DNA from: Octopus vulgaris
Lineage: Eukaryota
Reading direction: 5' to 3'
DNA: 64,000 nt
NCBI GenBank assembly: GCA_951406725.2
Contig: OX597817.1
Location: forward strand, 33,480,001 to 33,544,000
This document shows, one piece after another, positions 1 through 13,420 of this stretch. The notes under the pieces are model-generated. The model was given only the letters and a program-made list of their open reading frames with translations, was not told where the DNA came from and did no database searches. Positions within the stretch are counted from its first letter, which is position 1, and each line of letters starts with the position of its first letter. The translations under genes were made by a program, and so were the position numbers.

Positions 1-580
1 GCAGTGTAAAGAGTTAACAAATTTGAGGAGCTACAATATTTTCATGCCTTTAAGAAGCTCAGTCATTGTGATGTAGTCTTTGTTATGTTGTAGGCATGAG
101 ATTGCTAGAAGAGAACGTTAATGATTGTGAGGGCTAGCATTTGTAGTGATTTTAAAAGTTCTAATTGTATGTTGCTGTGATTTGGAATGATAGAATACAA
201 ATGTGTTTCCTTAATATGTGCAATGATTGTCCTTGTGTTACTGAAGAAGACAATATTGACATGAATTCATTGGTAAATGTTATTTAAGATAATGATTACA
301 AATTTTAGAAAAATCTTGCACTACTTGAATAGCTCTTCATTTTATCAACCTCAGAAGGATAAAAGGTAAAAATTGACCAAAGCAAGATTTGAACTCAGAA
401 CATAAATGAAAGTAATTACCATAAGGCATCATGTCCTAGTCTCTACTAATCTGGCTGCACTGCTGCTTTGTATCAAAATAATATCCACTTTCAACACACA
501 TAAATATGCTTATGAACGTAAGAGGATGAGTGGGGGGGTGACATGCATGCATAGAAGTTGGAAAACAAAATATACATAAG

Positions 581-797
581 CCATTGCCAGCCTCGCCTGG
601 CACCTGTGCCAGTGGCACATAAAAAGCACCCACTACACTCATGGAGTGGTTGGTGTTAGGAAGGGCATCCAGCTGTAGAAACACTGCCAGATCAGACTGG
701 AGCCTGGTGCAGCCTTCTGGCTTTCCAGACCCCCGGTCAAACCGTCCAACCCATGCTATCATGGAAAACGGACGTTAAACGATGATGATGATGATGA
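581..797 (+). mobile_element. Retroposon family D 3' portion ending in (GAT)n; other copies ~5100-5405(-), ~5620-5785(+), ~7075-7180(-)
   Basis: Shared AGGAAGGGCATCCAGCTGTAGAAAC...CATGGAAA(A/G)CGGACGTTAAACGATGATGAT among copies. Confidence 0.75.
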
Positions 798-1145
798 CAT
801 AAAAAAAGTATTTGATGCACTTGTTAAAGCAACCATTATTTCATGATTGAGTTGTGAATGTCTTAACATAGCGGCTTTATTTGATTCCACTTTGGAAAGC
901 TCATCTAGTTTGAATACCATTAGGATTGACAGACATCATTGAATCACGCTTGTGGACATTTTTCCCTTTCCAGTTAGTAATCAGTTTGATTTATGTCACT
1001 AATACACTTGGTAAGAAGTTTGTTTCCCGACCACATGGTTCCATGTTCAGTCTCAATGCATGGCACCTTGGGCAAGTGTCTTTCCTGGGTTGGTCAAAGC
1101 CTCATGAGTAGATTTGGTAGATGGAAGCTGAAAGAAGCCCATCAT

Positions 1146-1176
<31 letters not shown>

Positions 1177-1717
1177 CTTTGTGTTTGTCCCCTACCACTG
1201 CTTGACAACCGGTCTTAGTTTATTTACGCCACATAACTTAGCAGTTTGATAAAAGCAACTGACAGATTAACTGGCAGGCTTAAAGCTAAGTTCTGGGGAC
1301 GATTTGTTTGATGAAAACACTTGAAGGAGGTGCTCCAGTATGGCTGCAGTCCAATGACTGAAACAAGTACAAAATAAAAGATATGTCACAGCTACTAAAT
1401 CCCTATTCTTTATAGACAACAAGTGCATAACTCTCACCCACACTGAAAGGGCCAGAAATCACTTGGGTGCTGCTCCTCTTTCTTTTACATAACTTATAAA
1501 AATAAATCTGATTACTTGTTTTTATTTTTTCATGGGACATCATTATTTTATACTGAAAGTCTGTCAGGTAAATGAATTTCTTGTTATAACTAGCTTACCT
1601 TAATTATGAAGATGATGATGATGAAAGTAATAATTGCAATCTTAGTGGTCTAAATTCTGTTGTAAGCCATTTCCCATATCGATTTTAAAAAATTTTCATT
1701 TTACTTTAACTTTTCAG

Positions 1718-1844
1718 GAAACCGGTTTTCAATTCTAAACCAGATAAAGTAATTCTTCACTTTAAAACTCTTGGCTCACCAGAGTTGTCACCATTCCGAT
1801 TGAAGCTGGAGACCTATCTAAAACTATGTCAGATTCCTTACGAG
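1718..1844 (+). CDS. FAXC/metaxin-like GST-fold protein, first visible coding exon (5' exon not found)
   Basis: ttttcAG acceptor, GAG|GTaac donor; encodes KPVFNSKPDKVILHFKTLGSPELSPFRLKLETYLKLCQIPYE, matching the FAX/metaxin SPFxLKLETYLxxxxIPYE motif; absent from ORF track. Confidence 0.9.
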
Positions 1845-3680
1845 GTAACATTTATTATTAATTACTATTTTGATATTGTTACTCATTACAGTATGAATTG
1901 TGTTTGATGTTGTTATACCCTGGAGGATGCAAAGGGGCTGGCATGGGACTGCCAGCGATAGAGAGCACTGATGGCTCTATGCAGTGATGGATAACACTGG
2001 TGGCTCTCTGCATAATGATGTCTCTGGGACCACCAACCTAGGATGACCCCCAACCTCATCAAGCATGAACATGAAGCAGCAGTGAGTAAGCAAGGAGGGG
2101 ACTATCTTTTACTTGCTTCAGTTATTGAACTATGGCCATGCTGGGGCACTGCCTTGAAAGGTTTCAGTCAAACAAGTTGACTATAGAATTTTATCTTTTT
2201 TTTAAGCCTGGCACATATTTTATCAGTCTCCTTTGCTGAACTGTTAAATCACAGGGATGTAATCAAAATGAATCTGATTGTTAAATGATGCCAGTGGGCA
2301 AACACAAATGCACAGATACATATACACAAAAGGGGCTTCTTTCAGTTTCTGTCCACCAAATACACTCACAAGGCTTTGGTCAGCTAGGGACTATAGTAGA
2401 AGACACTTGTCCAGTGTGCTGTGCAATGGTACTGAACCAAAAACCATGTGATTGGCAATCAAATTTCTTAACCACACAGCAATGCTTGCTCCCCTTGCAA
2501 GGCTTATACCATGATTTCATGATGAAAGAAACGTGATTTTAACCCAACCTCCAAAATATGTATAAATCATACAAAAATTATAAATTTGGGTTAGACAGTA
2601 ATAATTGTTGACATTAAACAGAAAATTGGGAGCAACCAGAATAGAACAATTTTTATATTTATATACCAGACAATTAGTAGAATTAGGGAGGAAAATGGTA
2701 ACACTATTTGAATTATAATTCTAATATACACTGACTCACACAAACAGACATACAAATACATACATGCACACACACTCACACACACACATATATATATATA
2801 TATATGTAGACATGCATATATGCATACTTGCATATGTAAAAACTCACACATGTGTAAGTAGAGCTATAAAGTGTGTGTGTGTGTGTGTGTGTGTACTAAA
2901 TGACTGGTGCTCTGTCGGTTATGATAATGAGAGTTCCAGTTGATCCAATCAATAGAATGTGACTGAGCATTCCACAGACATGTGTACACTTAATGTAGTT
3001 CTTAGGGAGATTCAGCGTGACACAGATTGCAGCAAGACTGGCCCTTTAAAATACAAGTACTACACATATTTTGTATATGTATATATATATATATGCATAC
3101 ACATATTCACATCCACATACTTTATATCTCTACATATTGTACACATCACATCACATCACATATATGCGTGTACATGCAGATATTGAGATTAAATAAATAA
3201 TTTCTTGCTCTTTTGCTTTCACAATCAACAATTCAGCGGCAAGAAGTTGCATGTCAGTATGTTTATCTTGACCAGCTGTAATATATCAGCAGAAAGACTT
3301 GTTCAAAGATTTTCCTCTCTTGTGTAATAAAATTACCAGAAGAGATGTAACACATGTGCCAAGAGATTTGCTGCAAAGAAAATAATGAAAACATTTACAA
3401 GTATCTGACATGAAGTTAACACAGAATATGTTGAAAAATCTGGAATTTTATTGGTTTATATCAGGCAGTGTTGGTGAATAAAGCATTGAATGTCAGTGTT
3501 AAAGATTGATGAAAAAGAGATTCTTAATTGAGAAATGTGCAAGGATATTTTAGGAAACTAAAAACTGATCCCAATTTAATTATCTGTATAATTATAACTA
3601 TACAAATATAATTATAATTATTGTTTATGATTAATGAGCTTAGGGATAGCAAAACAGAAATAAATGTCACTATGACCATA

Positions 3681-4107
3681 CTCTTTCTCTTTTACTCTTT
3701 TACTTGTTTCAGTCTTTTGACTGTGGCCATGCTGGGGCACCACCTTTAGTCGAGCAAATTGACCTCAGGACTTATTCTTTGTAAGCCTAGTACTTATTCA
3801 ATCGGTCTCTTTTGCTGAACTGCTATGTTATGGGGACGTAAATACACCAGCATTGGTTGCCAAGCGATGTTGGGGGGACAAACACAGACACACAAACATA
3901 TACACACACATATACATATATATATACATATACATCTATATGACAGGCTTCTTTCAGTTTCCGTCTACCAAATCCACTCACAAGGCTTTGGTAGGTCCCA
4001 GGCTATAGTAGAAGACACTTGCCCAAGGTGCCGCGCAGTAGTGGGACTGAACCCGGAACCATGTGGTTTGTAAGCAAGTTACTTACCACACAGCCACTCC
4101 TATGCCT
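3681..4107 (-). mobile_element. tRNA-derived SINE family A, full length, with CORE-like central motif
   Basis: Minus strand: box A TGGCTGTGTGG, box B-like GGTTCAGTCC, CCTTGGGCAAGTGTCTT, internal (TA/CA)n, tail ending GACTGAAACAAGTAAAAGAG; degraded copies ~985-1380(+), 2105-2480(-), 7290-7430(-), 48745-48910(-), 50225-50590(-), 57250-57390(-). Confidence 0.85.
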
Positions 4108-5871
4108 ATACCATAGTGGAATTTGTTGACATTGTCATAGTTAGAAAAAAAAAATCAGCTTTGTTAGCCAAATAAGGATAGAAAGTTAATCAGAAGGATT
4201 AAAACAACCCTTCCAAAAACCTTATCAGAGGAGGTGTTTTCTCTGCCATTTTTTGATCAGAATTAGTGATTTTAATCCTTTTGTTACATATTTTTGTTGA
4301 AATACCCTAACTTTGTCTCAATCAGTTAGCATGCCAGGCAAAATACTTACTTCATTCAGCCTCTATTCTAGTTAATGTGAAATACTTTGTTAGCTCATAG
4401 ACTGTTTGTTTAACTTCTAGTACAGGATGTATATATATATGAATGTAAATAATCATATACATTTATTAATATGAATATATATATAAATAAATAAATACAC
4501 CAAAACATAGATACCTTATTGTATATAAGCATGTGTGTGTGTGTGTGTGTGCATGCGCGTACAAATGCCCATGTTTGATAGTGTTTTAAGCAGAACATAA
4601 AGAAACTTTTGAAAGACAAATATGGTTAAGATAACACTGGTTCTGAACAATTAGTTTTTCACTTGGTACATGAGAAAATGTCTTTCTCCCTGCCACCATA
4701 CACATCAGATATGACAAAGTACTGAGACAATTGGCGATTTGCTGTGCTTGAGAAGACCTGTCCAGCTAAGTCAAATCAAGGCCACAATGATATGTCCTTC
4801 ATGCCCATGCCCCCCTCTCCCTACATAGTTTGTTCCCTGACAAAACACTCCACCACAATCGATCTTCCGAACAACCAACCCTTCCCCTACCTGTGCTAGC
4901 TACTCCCTATATTCTTCTATTCCCCTCTCCTCTATATCCCACACTTCCTCACGAACCTACCTGATACAAAATGTCTCTGTCGAATCTCTTTACAACAACC
5001 TAATATCCCCTCCTTCTATCTCTGCCCACTCACATTCCCGCTCCCTCCATCTCCCATTCTCCTTTCGAAATCTCGCACTTACTCATCCACTCACACTCCT
5101 ATCATCATCATCATCATCGTTTAACGTCCACTTTCCATGCTAGCATGGGTTGGACAGTTCGACTGGGGTCTGGGAAGCCAGGAGGCTGCACCAGGCACCA
5201 GTCTGATCTGGCAGTGTTTCTACAGCTGGATGCCCTTCCTAATGCCAACCACTCCGTGAGTGTAGTGGGTACTTTTTACATGCCACCGGCACAGGTGCCA
5301 GGGGAGGGAGGGCTGGCAAATGGCCATGATCAGTTGGTACTTTTATGTGTCACCGACACGGACGCCAGTCAGGCGACGCTGGCATCTGCCACGTTCGGAC
5401 GGTGCTTCAGGCTCTCTCATCTCTAATTCGCTTCTCTATATACATCTCCCTGTAACTTAGGTGTATGCACCCTCATCACATCTTCATCTTCTCTCTCACG
5501 CCCTCTCTTTAACTGTGGTAGTTATGTTTTGTTTCTACTGCAAAGCACCTTTTTCTGTCCCTTAATAATACTCTCCAGTCAGTTGAGGAATCTTGTTTTG
5601 AATGTTACTGCTGCTAGTGTCATGTAAAAGACACCCTGTACACTCAGTAAAGTGGTTGGCGTTAGGAAGGGTACCCAACTATAGAAATCATGCCAAAACA
5701 GACAGCAGAGTTTGTAGTCTTCTGATTTGCCAGTTTCTATTGACATGTCCAACCCATGCCAGCATAGAAAAGTCAGCATCATCATTTAACATCCGTTTTC
5801 CATGTTGACATGGGTTGGACGGTTTCACATTCATACAACACACACACACACACATGTACACATACATTCAA

Positions 5872-5907
<36 letters not shown>

Positions 5908-6029
5908 TCCTGGGGCTACAAGCTACAGTAGCACCAACCCTTAGTGGTTAGCCACATTTAAGTGGCAAATATACTTCACATTGTCCTGCAGCTACTGTTT
6001 ACACCTCGTTCAGAGATTTATTATTGCTC

Positions 6030-6062
<33 letters not shown>

Positions 6063-6526
6063 TATATGTACTTACATATAAGAGACTAAAGTGTAAGTTC
6101 GCCGCCATATGTATATAAAAAGGAATACGAAAAATGGAACAAGACCGCAAAACATCCAGACAGTCAGATGATACAGAAAAGGGACTACAAAACATCCAGG
6201 CAGATGAAAAAAAAAGGGACGAAAAAAAAAACAAGGCCGGGCCATTTGGAGTTTTCTTTCCTCAGTCTAGTTCCAGATTATCTTTGCAATTTCGGCTGGT
6301 TATACTCGAGATTGCTCCAATCTGACCAGCCCCAATGAAAAACTGATTTGATTAGAGGATTTACAAACACAATACTCCACCACTAAATATATTTTGTTTT
6401 GAAAGCGTATTTTGATTTTATATATGAAAACTGTTTGGTGTAGATGTGTATTTATGTGTAGTCTGGCTCAAAAAAATTGAGCCTAGTTGATTGGAATTTT
6501 ATATTTTGCTCTTGATATTTTTCCAG

Positions 6527-6723
6527 TTATCACACATTCGCCAACTGTCTTCTAAAGGTAAACTACCTTGGATTGAACATAATGGAGTGGTGGTTGAAGA
6601 CACGCAGTTTTGTATCGATTATTTAAATAACAGTTTTAATGTGGATCTGAACGAAAAATTGTCCCCCTATGAACGTTCTTTATCTCGAGCATTCCAAGTA
6701 ATGATAGAAGAAAATACAACCTG
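6527..6723 (+). CDS. FAXC/metaxin-like protein, internal exon
   Basis: ttccAG acceptor, TG|GTAAGT donor; phase 0 in, phase 2 out; LSHIRQLSSKGKLPWIEHNGVVVEDTQFCIDYL...RAFQVMIEENTTW (SSKGKLPWIE and DS/TQFxIxYL GST-N motifs). Confidence 0.93.
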
Positions 6724-7609
6724 GTAAGTATTTTCCTTTGTAAGATGAAAACATATGCAAACTTTCGCGAGGGAAAAGAAATTAATTTGTTAGCTACCGT
6801 AAATAAGATGGTAGACAAAGCTTAGGCAAATATGAGCCGTACAAGAGTCTTTATGGTTTCATCACTTCATCCTTGCGCTTCATTGTTTTGTGTTTAAGCC
6901 GTGATAGATGATGCTCTAGATGCGACCTCTCCTACTGAGACGAAGTAGACAAAAATAATATTCTGTGAAAGCTTACATCGTTTATACACTTACGAAAGTT
7001 GAATTTAAAAGCTGTTATTTTTTTGTTATGGTTATTGATATCAAGAAAAGAAATTTTATAATTTCCTCGATTCATTATCATTTTACCATCCGCTTTTCTA
7101 TGCTTGCATGGGTCGGACGGAGCTTGAGACTGGTTTTCTACGGCCGGATGCCCTACCTGTTGCCAATCCTCACCTGTTTCAAAACAAAGTGATATTTCAT
7201 CGTGAGCAGACATGCTCTCGCAGAATATTGGAAGTGAGTGGCACTAGTTGTATGACACTGACAATCATTTTTCAATCACGCGATGTCAGCACACAAACAC
7301 ACACGATGGACCTCTTCCAGTTTCTGTCTCTCAAATCCACTCACAAGCTTTTGTCGGTCCTAAGGTGCCAGGCAGTGAAACGGGACCCAGAACCATGTGG
7401 TTGGGAAGCAAACCTCTTACCACACTGGTACACCTGTAGCGACTGCTGATAGAAAACGGCAATGTCCCATTAAACAAATTAACTTAATCTAATTAAGACA
7501 CCTGATCTTGAATTTTCCTATTTTTGTTAACCATGAACGTTAAAAAAGAAATTACGATGACCTAACCCTTATCGAGTAAATATAATTAATGAATTCATTT
7601 CTTAATTAG

Positions 7610-7806
7610 GTGCCTACTTTTGTCCCGTTGGAAATACGAACGGAAACCAAAATTTTTCCAAGCTTTAAAAGTGAATGTCGTATTTACTTATTTAATCACA
7701 AAGTCTCTTATGCGAAAATCATCTGGACACGGAATAGGTCTCCACACATGGGAAGAAATAAAAAGCATTGCAAAGAAAGACTTAACTGCTTTATCCGACT
7801 TTTTAG
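7610..7806 (+). CDS. FAXC/metaxin-like protein, internal exon
   Basis: aattAG acceptor whose first G completes the TGG codon; CLLLSRWKY...GHGIGLHTWEEIKSIAKKDLTALSDFLG (FAX-type GHGIGxHxxEEI..DLxALSxxLG); G|GTttgt donor. Confidence 0.92.
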
Positions 7807-9197
7807 GTTTGTACATTTTATACTTGTTTTCTTTATCGGTTCCCAAATCATTTCATTTCTATTTTGAATACAAATTAATAATTTATTGTTTAGCGTTGTG
7901 CAGCAAGAGATAAGCTCTTGGCAAGATAAGACCGAGATGTGGGTTTAATCTTTGGTTGAAGGCATTTCACTTCAGTTACATTGCTAATTATCTTGGTAAT
8001 AGCATGGACGCCACACTTTCCTCATAAATGCAAGATATCTGTGCCGAATAAAAAGAAAGAAAAAAATAATTACGTAATAGATACAAAAGAAGAGCGTTCA
8101 GTTCTGACTGCTTCTAACATTTTACTGGAATTTATTGAATACAAGATAAGACTGTTAATTGAAATAATCTGAGAATTAAGTATCTTAGCTTTGAGCATTG
8201 CACAGAAACAATAATATGACACGAACTCCAGTATCTGCCACTCTTTGCCAAAGATCATCCTGTTATGGACGGTTGCTACTCTCATTATGAAGAATAGGCT
8301 TCCGTGAAAAGGGTTGTTAGGAAACACATATTGTAGAAACAATTTCTTTAACCTCAGCAAATGAATATGTTAGACAACTGGGCGTCTATCTTAGAAAAAA
8401 ATGTTTTAAACCAAATTCCAGACTCTGTGAAGTTACATTATATTTCAATAAATATAATTTCTAAATGCTTACTGTCAATTCAAGATTTTCTTCGCGTTAA
8501 AACAAATTCCATTTTGATATCCTGTCGAAAGTGATCATAGAGGGTTTCAAGGACAGCCAATTACAATTAAAATAAGCAGAATTCTGAACAAGGCCAAAAT
8601 GTTAAAGAAATAAATTTAACCTGTTTTCTTATCTCAATCACGGCAGAAAAGTGGAGTGCCGTATCTACTCAAGAGTTGTGAGGCTGACAGGAAGTTTTTT
8701 ACAGATTACATTTCAGAAGTATTCACATAGATCAGAGACGGCAAAACATTTTTATATAACAATTTACCAGTATATCTAGCATGTTTGCTTTGAATCAATT
8801 TACAAAGAGTGAGAGTCAGATGGAAAACAGTAATTGGACAAAAAATTATCTTACGTCGAAAGTCCTGGAAATTACAGAATTCAAAGTCACCCAACGTTTA
8901 AATCTATTATTCAAAGTTGTCTGTTACGGATGACAAATATACGTGGCTTCATCATTTGGAATTATTTGAAATGCTAGACATCTAGATCTTTCTACTTCTA
9001 TTGGCCAGTTGGCCATATTATTGTCTTATATTAATTGGTAGCCATGATTGCAGCTTTGTACGTCTTTCAACTTTTCGAATTGAATTCTGCAACAGATCAA
9101 GCTTTTCCCACCTAATCTAAATTTGTTATTCAGTTTCAAACATTATCTTGCTTGTAAAAAATTAATGACAATTTTCATTGGTGATTTCTACTTTTAG

Positions 9198-9314
9198 GTG
9201 AGAAAAAATACTTATTCGGAAACTTCATGACTTTGGCTGACTGCAGTGCATTTGGTTTGCTGGTTCAGATTTGTTATAATCACACCGATAGTTACTTACA
9301 TCAATTAGTAAACG
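9198..9314 (+). CDS. FAXC/metaxin-like protein, internal exon
   Basis: cttttAG acceptor, G|GTATGT donor, phase 1/1; GEKKYLFGNFMTLADCSAFGLLVQICYNHTDSYLHQLVN (GST-C YLFGxxxTxAD motif). Confidence 0.92.
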
Positions 9315-9487
9315 GTATGTAGTTATTCTGATTTCTTTCCTTTTCCTATTTGTTTTGGATGTATCAATATCATTTGAAAAATTTCAGCAAAAATATCACA
9401 TAAAGATGATGATGTCGTGCAGGGAAACTGTCAGTCGGGCTTTGTTTAACATATCACTAATAAACGGATGAGCTACAATACAAAGCA

Positions 9488-10975
9488 TACTACAGAATTG
9501 TGCCCTCCATCCGAATTTTTTTTTACACCATAACTTTCTTAAAAATGCATGCTTCAGGTATACATTTTAAAAGGGATAGATTATAATTATGTAGAAAAAA
9601 TATTTTAAAAAATATTTTTGAGGGTCATTCCCTCACACATCATGGGACTTTTTTAAATGAATACTTTTTCAATGAAATTGGGTGTAGATGACAATTCCAT
9701 CCATCTTTTCCCTATCAGAAGCAACCATCATTAAACTTCCCAAATCATTATCGATTGTTCCCTCTTGAACCCTTTCAGGGTAATGGGACACATATCCTTT
9801 ATACTCCCACCCCAATCCTACCAGAACAAGTTGCTTTAGATAGAGACTGCGATATATTTTTTAACGAACTTCTTGTTAACTCGCGCGAGTGACAAGGCGA
9901 TATACTTCTTTTCAACCCCTGTTATATTGTAGTTTTTGGTGATATTATTCAAACCAAGTACCAAACTGGTGTTTATATTTGTCCTGCGAATCAGCCTACA
10001 ACTAACGTGATAAAATTTAAAAAAGAAAAAAAAATGTTAATTGCAATCTACACTGGCAAAAAAAAAATGCATATCTAGAAAAACATTCATTTAATAAAGT
10101 CCAGTTGGGTGGATGGATGGGGGTAGACCTTCAAAATATTTTGTGATTCTTTCCTCCCCAACACATACACTTGCGTCGGAAATTAATTAGCACTTCTCAA
10201 ATTTCTACATTTTCTTACATTTTCTTAATTTAATTAACTTATTATCAGAAATGAACTCGTTTTTAATAAAAAAATTTATTAAAACATATCCCAGCACACC
10301 ACATAATTGTTATTAATCGTGAAATTTAGTCAATATCTTGTTGCTCCTCCTTTGGCAGCAATGACAGCTGCTACGCGGGTCGGCATGCTGTCTATGAGTG
10401 CCTGCAGGTACTGTGCAGGGATGGCCCCTCATGCAGCAAGAAGTGCCCCAAACAGCTCGTGTCGGTTCCTATATTGCTGCACATTCAAATCCCTACCCAA
10501 TCGACTCCAGAGGTTCTCAATAGGGTTCAGGTCAGGTGACTGGCCAGCACGTACTCCTCGCCACCAAAGCGGTATCCCGTACTATCTCAACGTACTTTGC
10601 TGCGTTGATGTTGCCTTCGACGGCATAGAGCCGCCCAACACCACTGTAGCTGAACGCCCTTCACACCATCAGACCACCCCCACCATGCTTCATGGTGAGC
10701 AAATCAAGGGTGCTAATTAATTTCTGACGGTAGTGTAATCGTAATTCACACCTCTGAAACATATGTCGGGGAAAATTTTATTGAAAAAACACATGTTTTA
10801 AATAAGGTTTTAGGGAACAAAATCGGGTGGAAGGAATTATTCGAAACTTCCAAGACTTTTTTTTTTGAAAGTTTCTCCAGTACATTTATAATCTTTACCA
10901 TCTAAAATGTATATCAGAAATTTTATAAGATATGCCTTTCAAGGAAAGTCATGGATGGGGTTACACTTCCGTAGC
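9488..10975. mobile_element. Degenerate element with long imperfect terminal inverted repeats in the last FAXC-like intron
   Basis: ~9490-9610 aligns loosely by eye with the reverse complement of ~10855-10975 (CTAC.GAA.TGT..CCATCC, CCAT.ACTTTC, TATACATTTTA, GATTATAA blocks). Confidence 0.45.
10168..10735 (-). mobile_element. Internally deleted Tc1-like DNA transposon
   Basis: TIRs CACTTGCGTCGGAAATTAATTAGCAC / CACTACCGTCAGAAATTAATTAGCAC with flanking TA; minus-strand remnant QSPDLNPIENLW...LIDSMPTRVAAVIAAKGGATRY. Confidence 0.88.
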
Positions 10976-11190
10976 TATGGCCAACTTATTTCACTAGATC
11001 TGGGAGTCAATGAATAAGATATTCATACATACGCATTTATTTTTTGCTGTTGTGATGGCAAAGGAAAAATACACTCCGTCAAATACATATTCCAACTACC
11101 CATAACACGAAAGATTAGCTGTAAAAGGTATTTATATTAAAAATCATTAATATTTTTTATATAATACTAATTATATAATATTTCTTTCAG

Positions 11191-11267
11191 ATTCCTTTCC
11201 AAACCTCAAAGATTACTGTGATAGGATAAGAAACGAATACTATCCTGATATGGTCCTGCTATCCTGA
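11191..11267 (+). CDS. FAXC/metaxin-like protein, terminal coding exon
   Basis: tttctttcAG acceptor; DSFPNLKDYCDRIRNEYYPDMVLLS then TGA (FPNLxxYCxRI motif); phase matches previous exon. Confidence 0.9.
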
Positions 11268-11269
11268 TA

Positions 11270-11275
11270 AATAAA
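11270..11275 (+). promoter_or_regulatory. Candidate polyadenylation signal (alternative AATAAA at 11631-11636)
   Basis: AATAAA just after the stop codon; the hexamer is common in AT-rich DNA. Confidence 0.3.
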
Positions 11276-13373
11276 GTTAACTGAATTCAACGATCTGGAA
11301 TATTCTTTTCCATATATACATAAGAAAGTAGTTATGTAGATGTCTGGACAACAACTGCCAGTCAATTTGCATATATCTTATGCTTGCTACATGTGTAACT
11401 CATATATATGTAGAATGGCCAAAAAGGTTATCGGAGATTCATTGATAACTGACGATTATTGAAAACTGTACAACTGACTGGAAACAAAATATCATGCCAC
11501 CTGCACCCAACACATATATCATTCTTCATGCCACTCATATATCACGCTAGCGAGGAGACTTCAACTAAAACATTTTTCACTTGTATATTCTGACATCAAA
11601 ACAAAAGTTTGGATTCACCACAACACACTGAATAAATGTACTATCGCAATGGGATTATAGATTTATTTTTAAACGAGGTTAGGTCGTAACGGATAGAAAG
11701 AAGTAAGGAATGCTTTCATTTTGTTCTCAAGTTATTAACTGAAGCAATATATTTTGTTGAATTATTATCAACTGATCAATTTGAATAAGAAAAGAAGACA
11801 CTATATCTCAAATACTGCTGCGCTCGACATAAGATGGATGAATTAACCTTATTTTAAGAATAAAAGAAATTCGGCAAAACAGCCAATTATAATACAGCAA
11901 CTATAAAACATTATGACAAATACAATACGCAGATGGTAGATGATAGTAGAGAGAAGGACATGAAAGCAACGTATCACCCTGCTTGACCTTTACACACACA
12001 CACACACATACAGTCACACCCAAAATAGCTAAAATAGCTGAAACCAAGAGAAAATATTTGAAACAGAATTTTCCGCCATATTTGAAGATTAAGTATTTAT
12101 CTTTCCAAACAAATACATTCCACACATGAAATGGATTTGATGGCAAGTTTATTTGCCTCTAATTATTTTTAACGAAAAAAAAAAAAATTGACGCAACAAA
12201 CGAAATTGTGGTTCGTTCTCCTGAGTGAAGACCATTGTAAAGAAGTCTGTGATTCCGTAATCAATAAGTTACCTAACGTCTGAAGAAGGCACAACCTCGA
12301 ATAGACTCATATTCTATTTTTTAAATTTAAATAAATTTTTTTTTAAATAAGCGTCTGGTGTTATTGAAGCAGAAAGTCGTAAGTTTAAAAAAAAACGCAA
12401 TTTTATATTGAAGTTCTAAATGCGAGGTTGAAATCAACTTGAAAAATCATGAAATAACTTATTGCAAAACATATAACAAGTCACCACACCATACGTTGGT
12501 ATTTAAAGAGCCAAAATAAATTGATAATAAAATGAACACAATAAAAGCAATTATCTTATGGGGGTGCATTTGACCAACGTAAGACATTTACATTAATGTC
12601 CATTGTGGAAACAATAATTGATAGGGCCTTACTTGGAAAGAATACAATTTTTCTTGTGATATGCTTGTTTATATCTTTCCAGCACAATGCATTTGCAACG
12701 GTTAAATAAATTTTTATACATACTCCAACTGGTAATTGTTCTCGATCATATAATTTTCTTACATAAACGCAAATTCTGTGTTTTTAGTTAAACAGCCTGA
12801 CGTTTATAGATTTCGGAATTGATTGTAGAATTTAAACGATCTGACCAAGGGAGAAGGTACCAGTTTGGTTTCAGGCTCAGATAATTAACTGCTTTGTTTA
12901 TGGGGCGAATTTACAGTGTTATGAGAAAGCCAGATATAAAGCCTTTTAGTGTTTGTTCTAGCTCTCTGCGTTCTGAATTGACTTCGTACCGCGGTCAAGT
13001 TTGCTTTTCATCTCTTCGGGGTAAGTAAACAAAATAACAGACTGGAGGTGGAATGGAATGGAATTGCTAGAGTGCAAAAAAAGGATGCTTTACGGTGTCT
13101 GTTCCGGCACTTTGCGTTCTGACCGAAACACTTGCGAAGACAATGGTTCCAAGCCGTATCAGCTTTGATTTTCGTTCGTTCAGCATCAATGGCATTGATT
13201 TGGACAATTTACACAAATTAGCAATTGCCGGTCTTCCACAAAAGCTCTGCTCAAGCCAGCGCATTTGGGAAGGGACTTTCCAGGCGAAGATATTGAAACT
13301 ACCCGTAACAGACTACAGAGGCCATTAATATTGGGCATGCACTTACTTGAATGTATGGGCATGAGTATTACTA

Positions 13374-13420
<47 letters not shown>

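Noticed and set aside
1532-1567. Possible first exon ATGGGACAT...CAG|GTAAAT of the FAXC-like gene
   Set aside because: Ends in phase 0 while the next exon needs phase 2; the phase-2 reading contains a TGA
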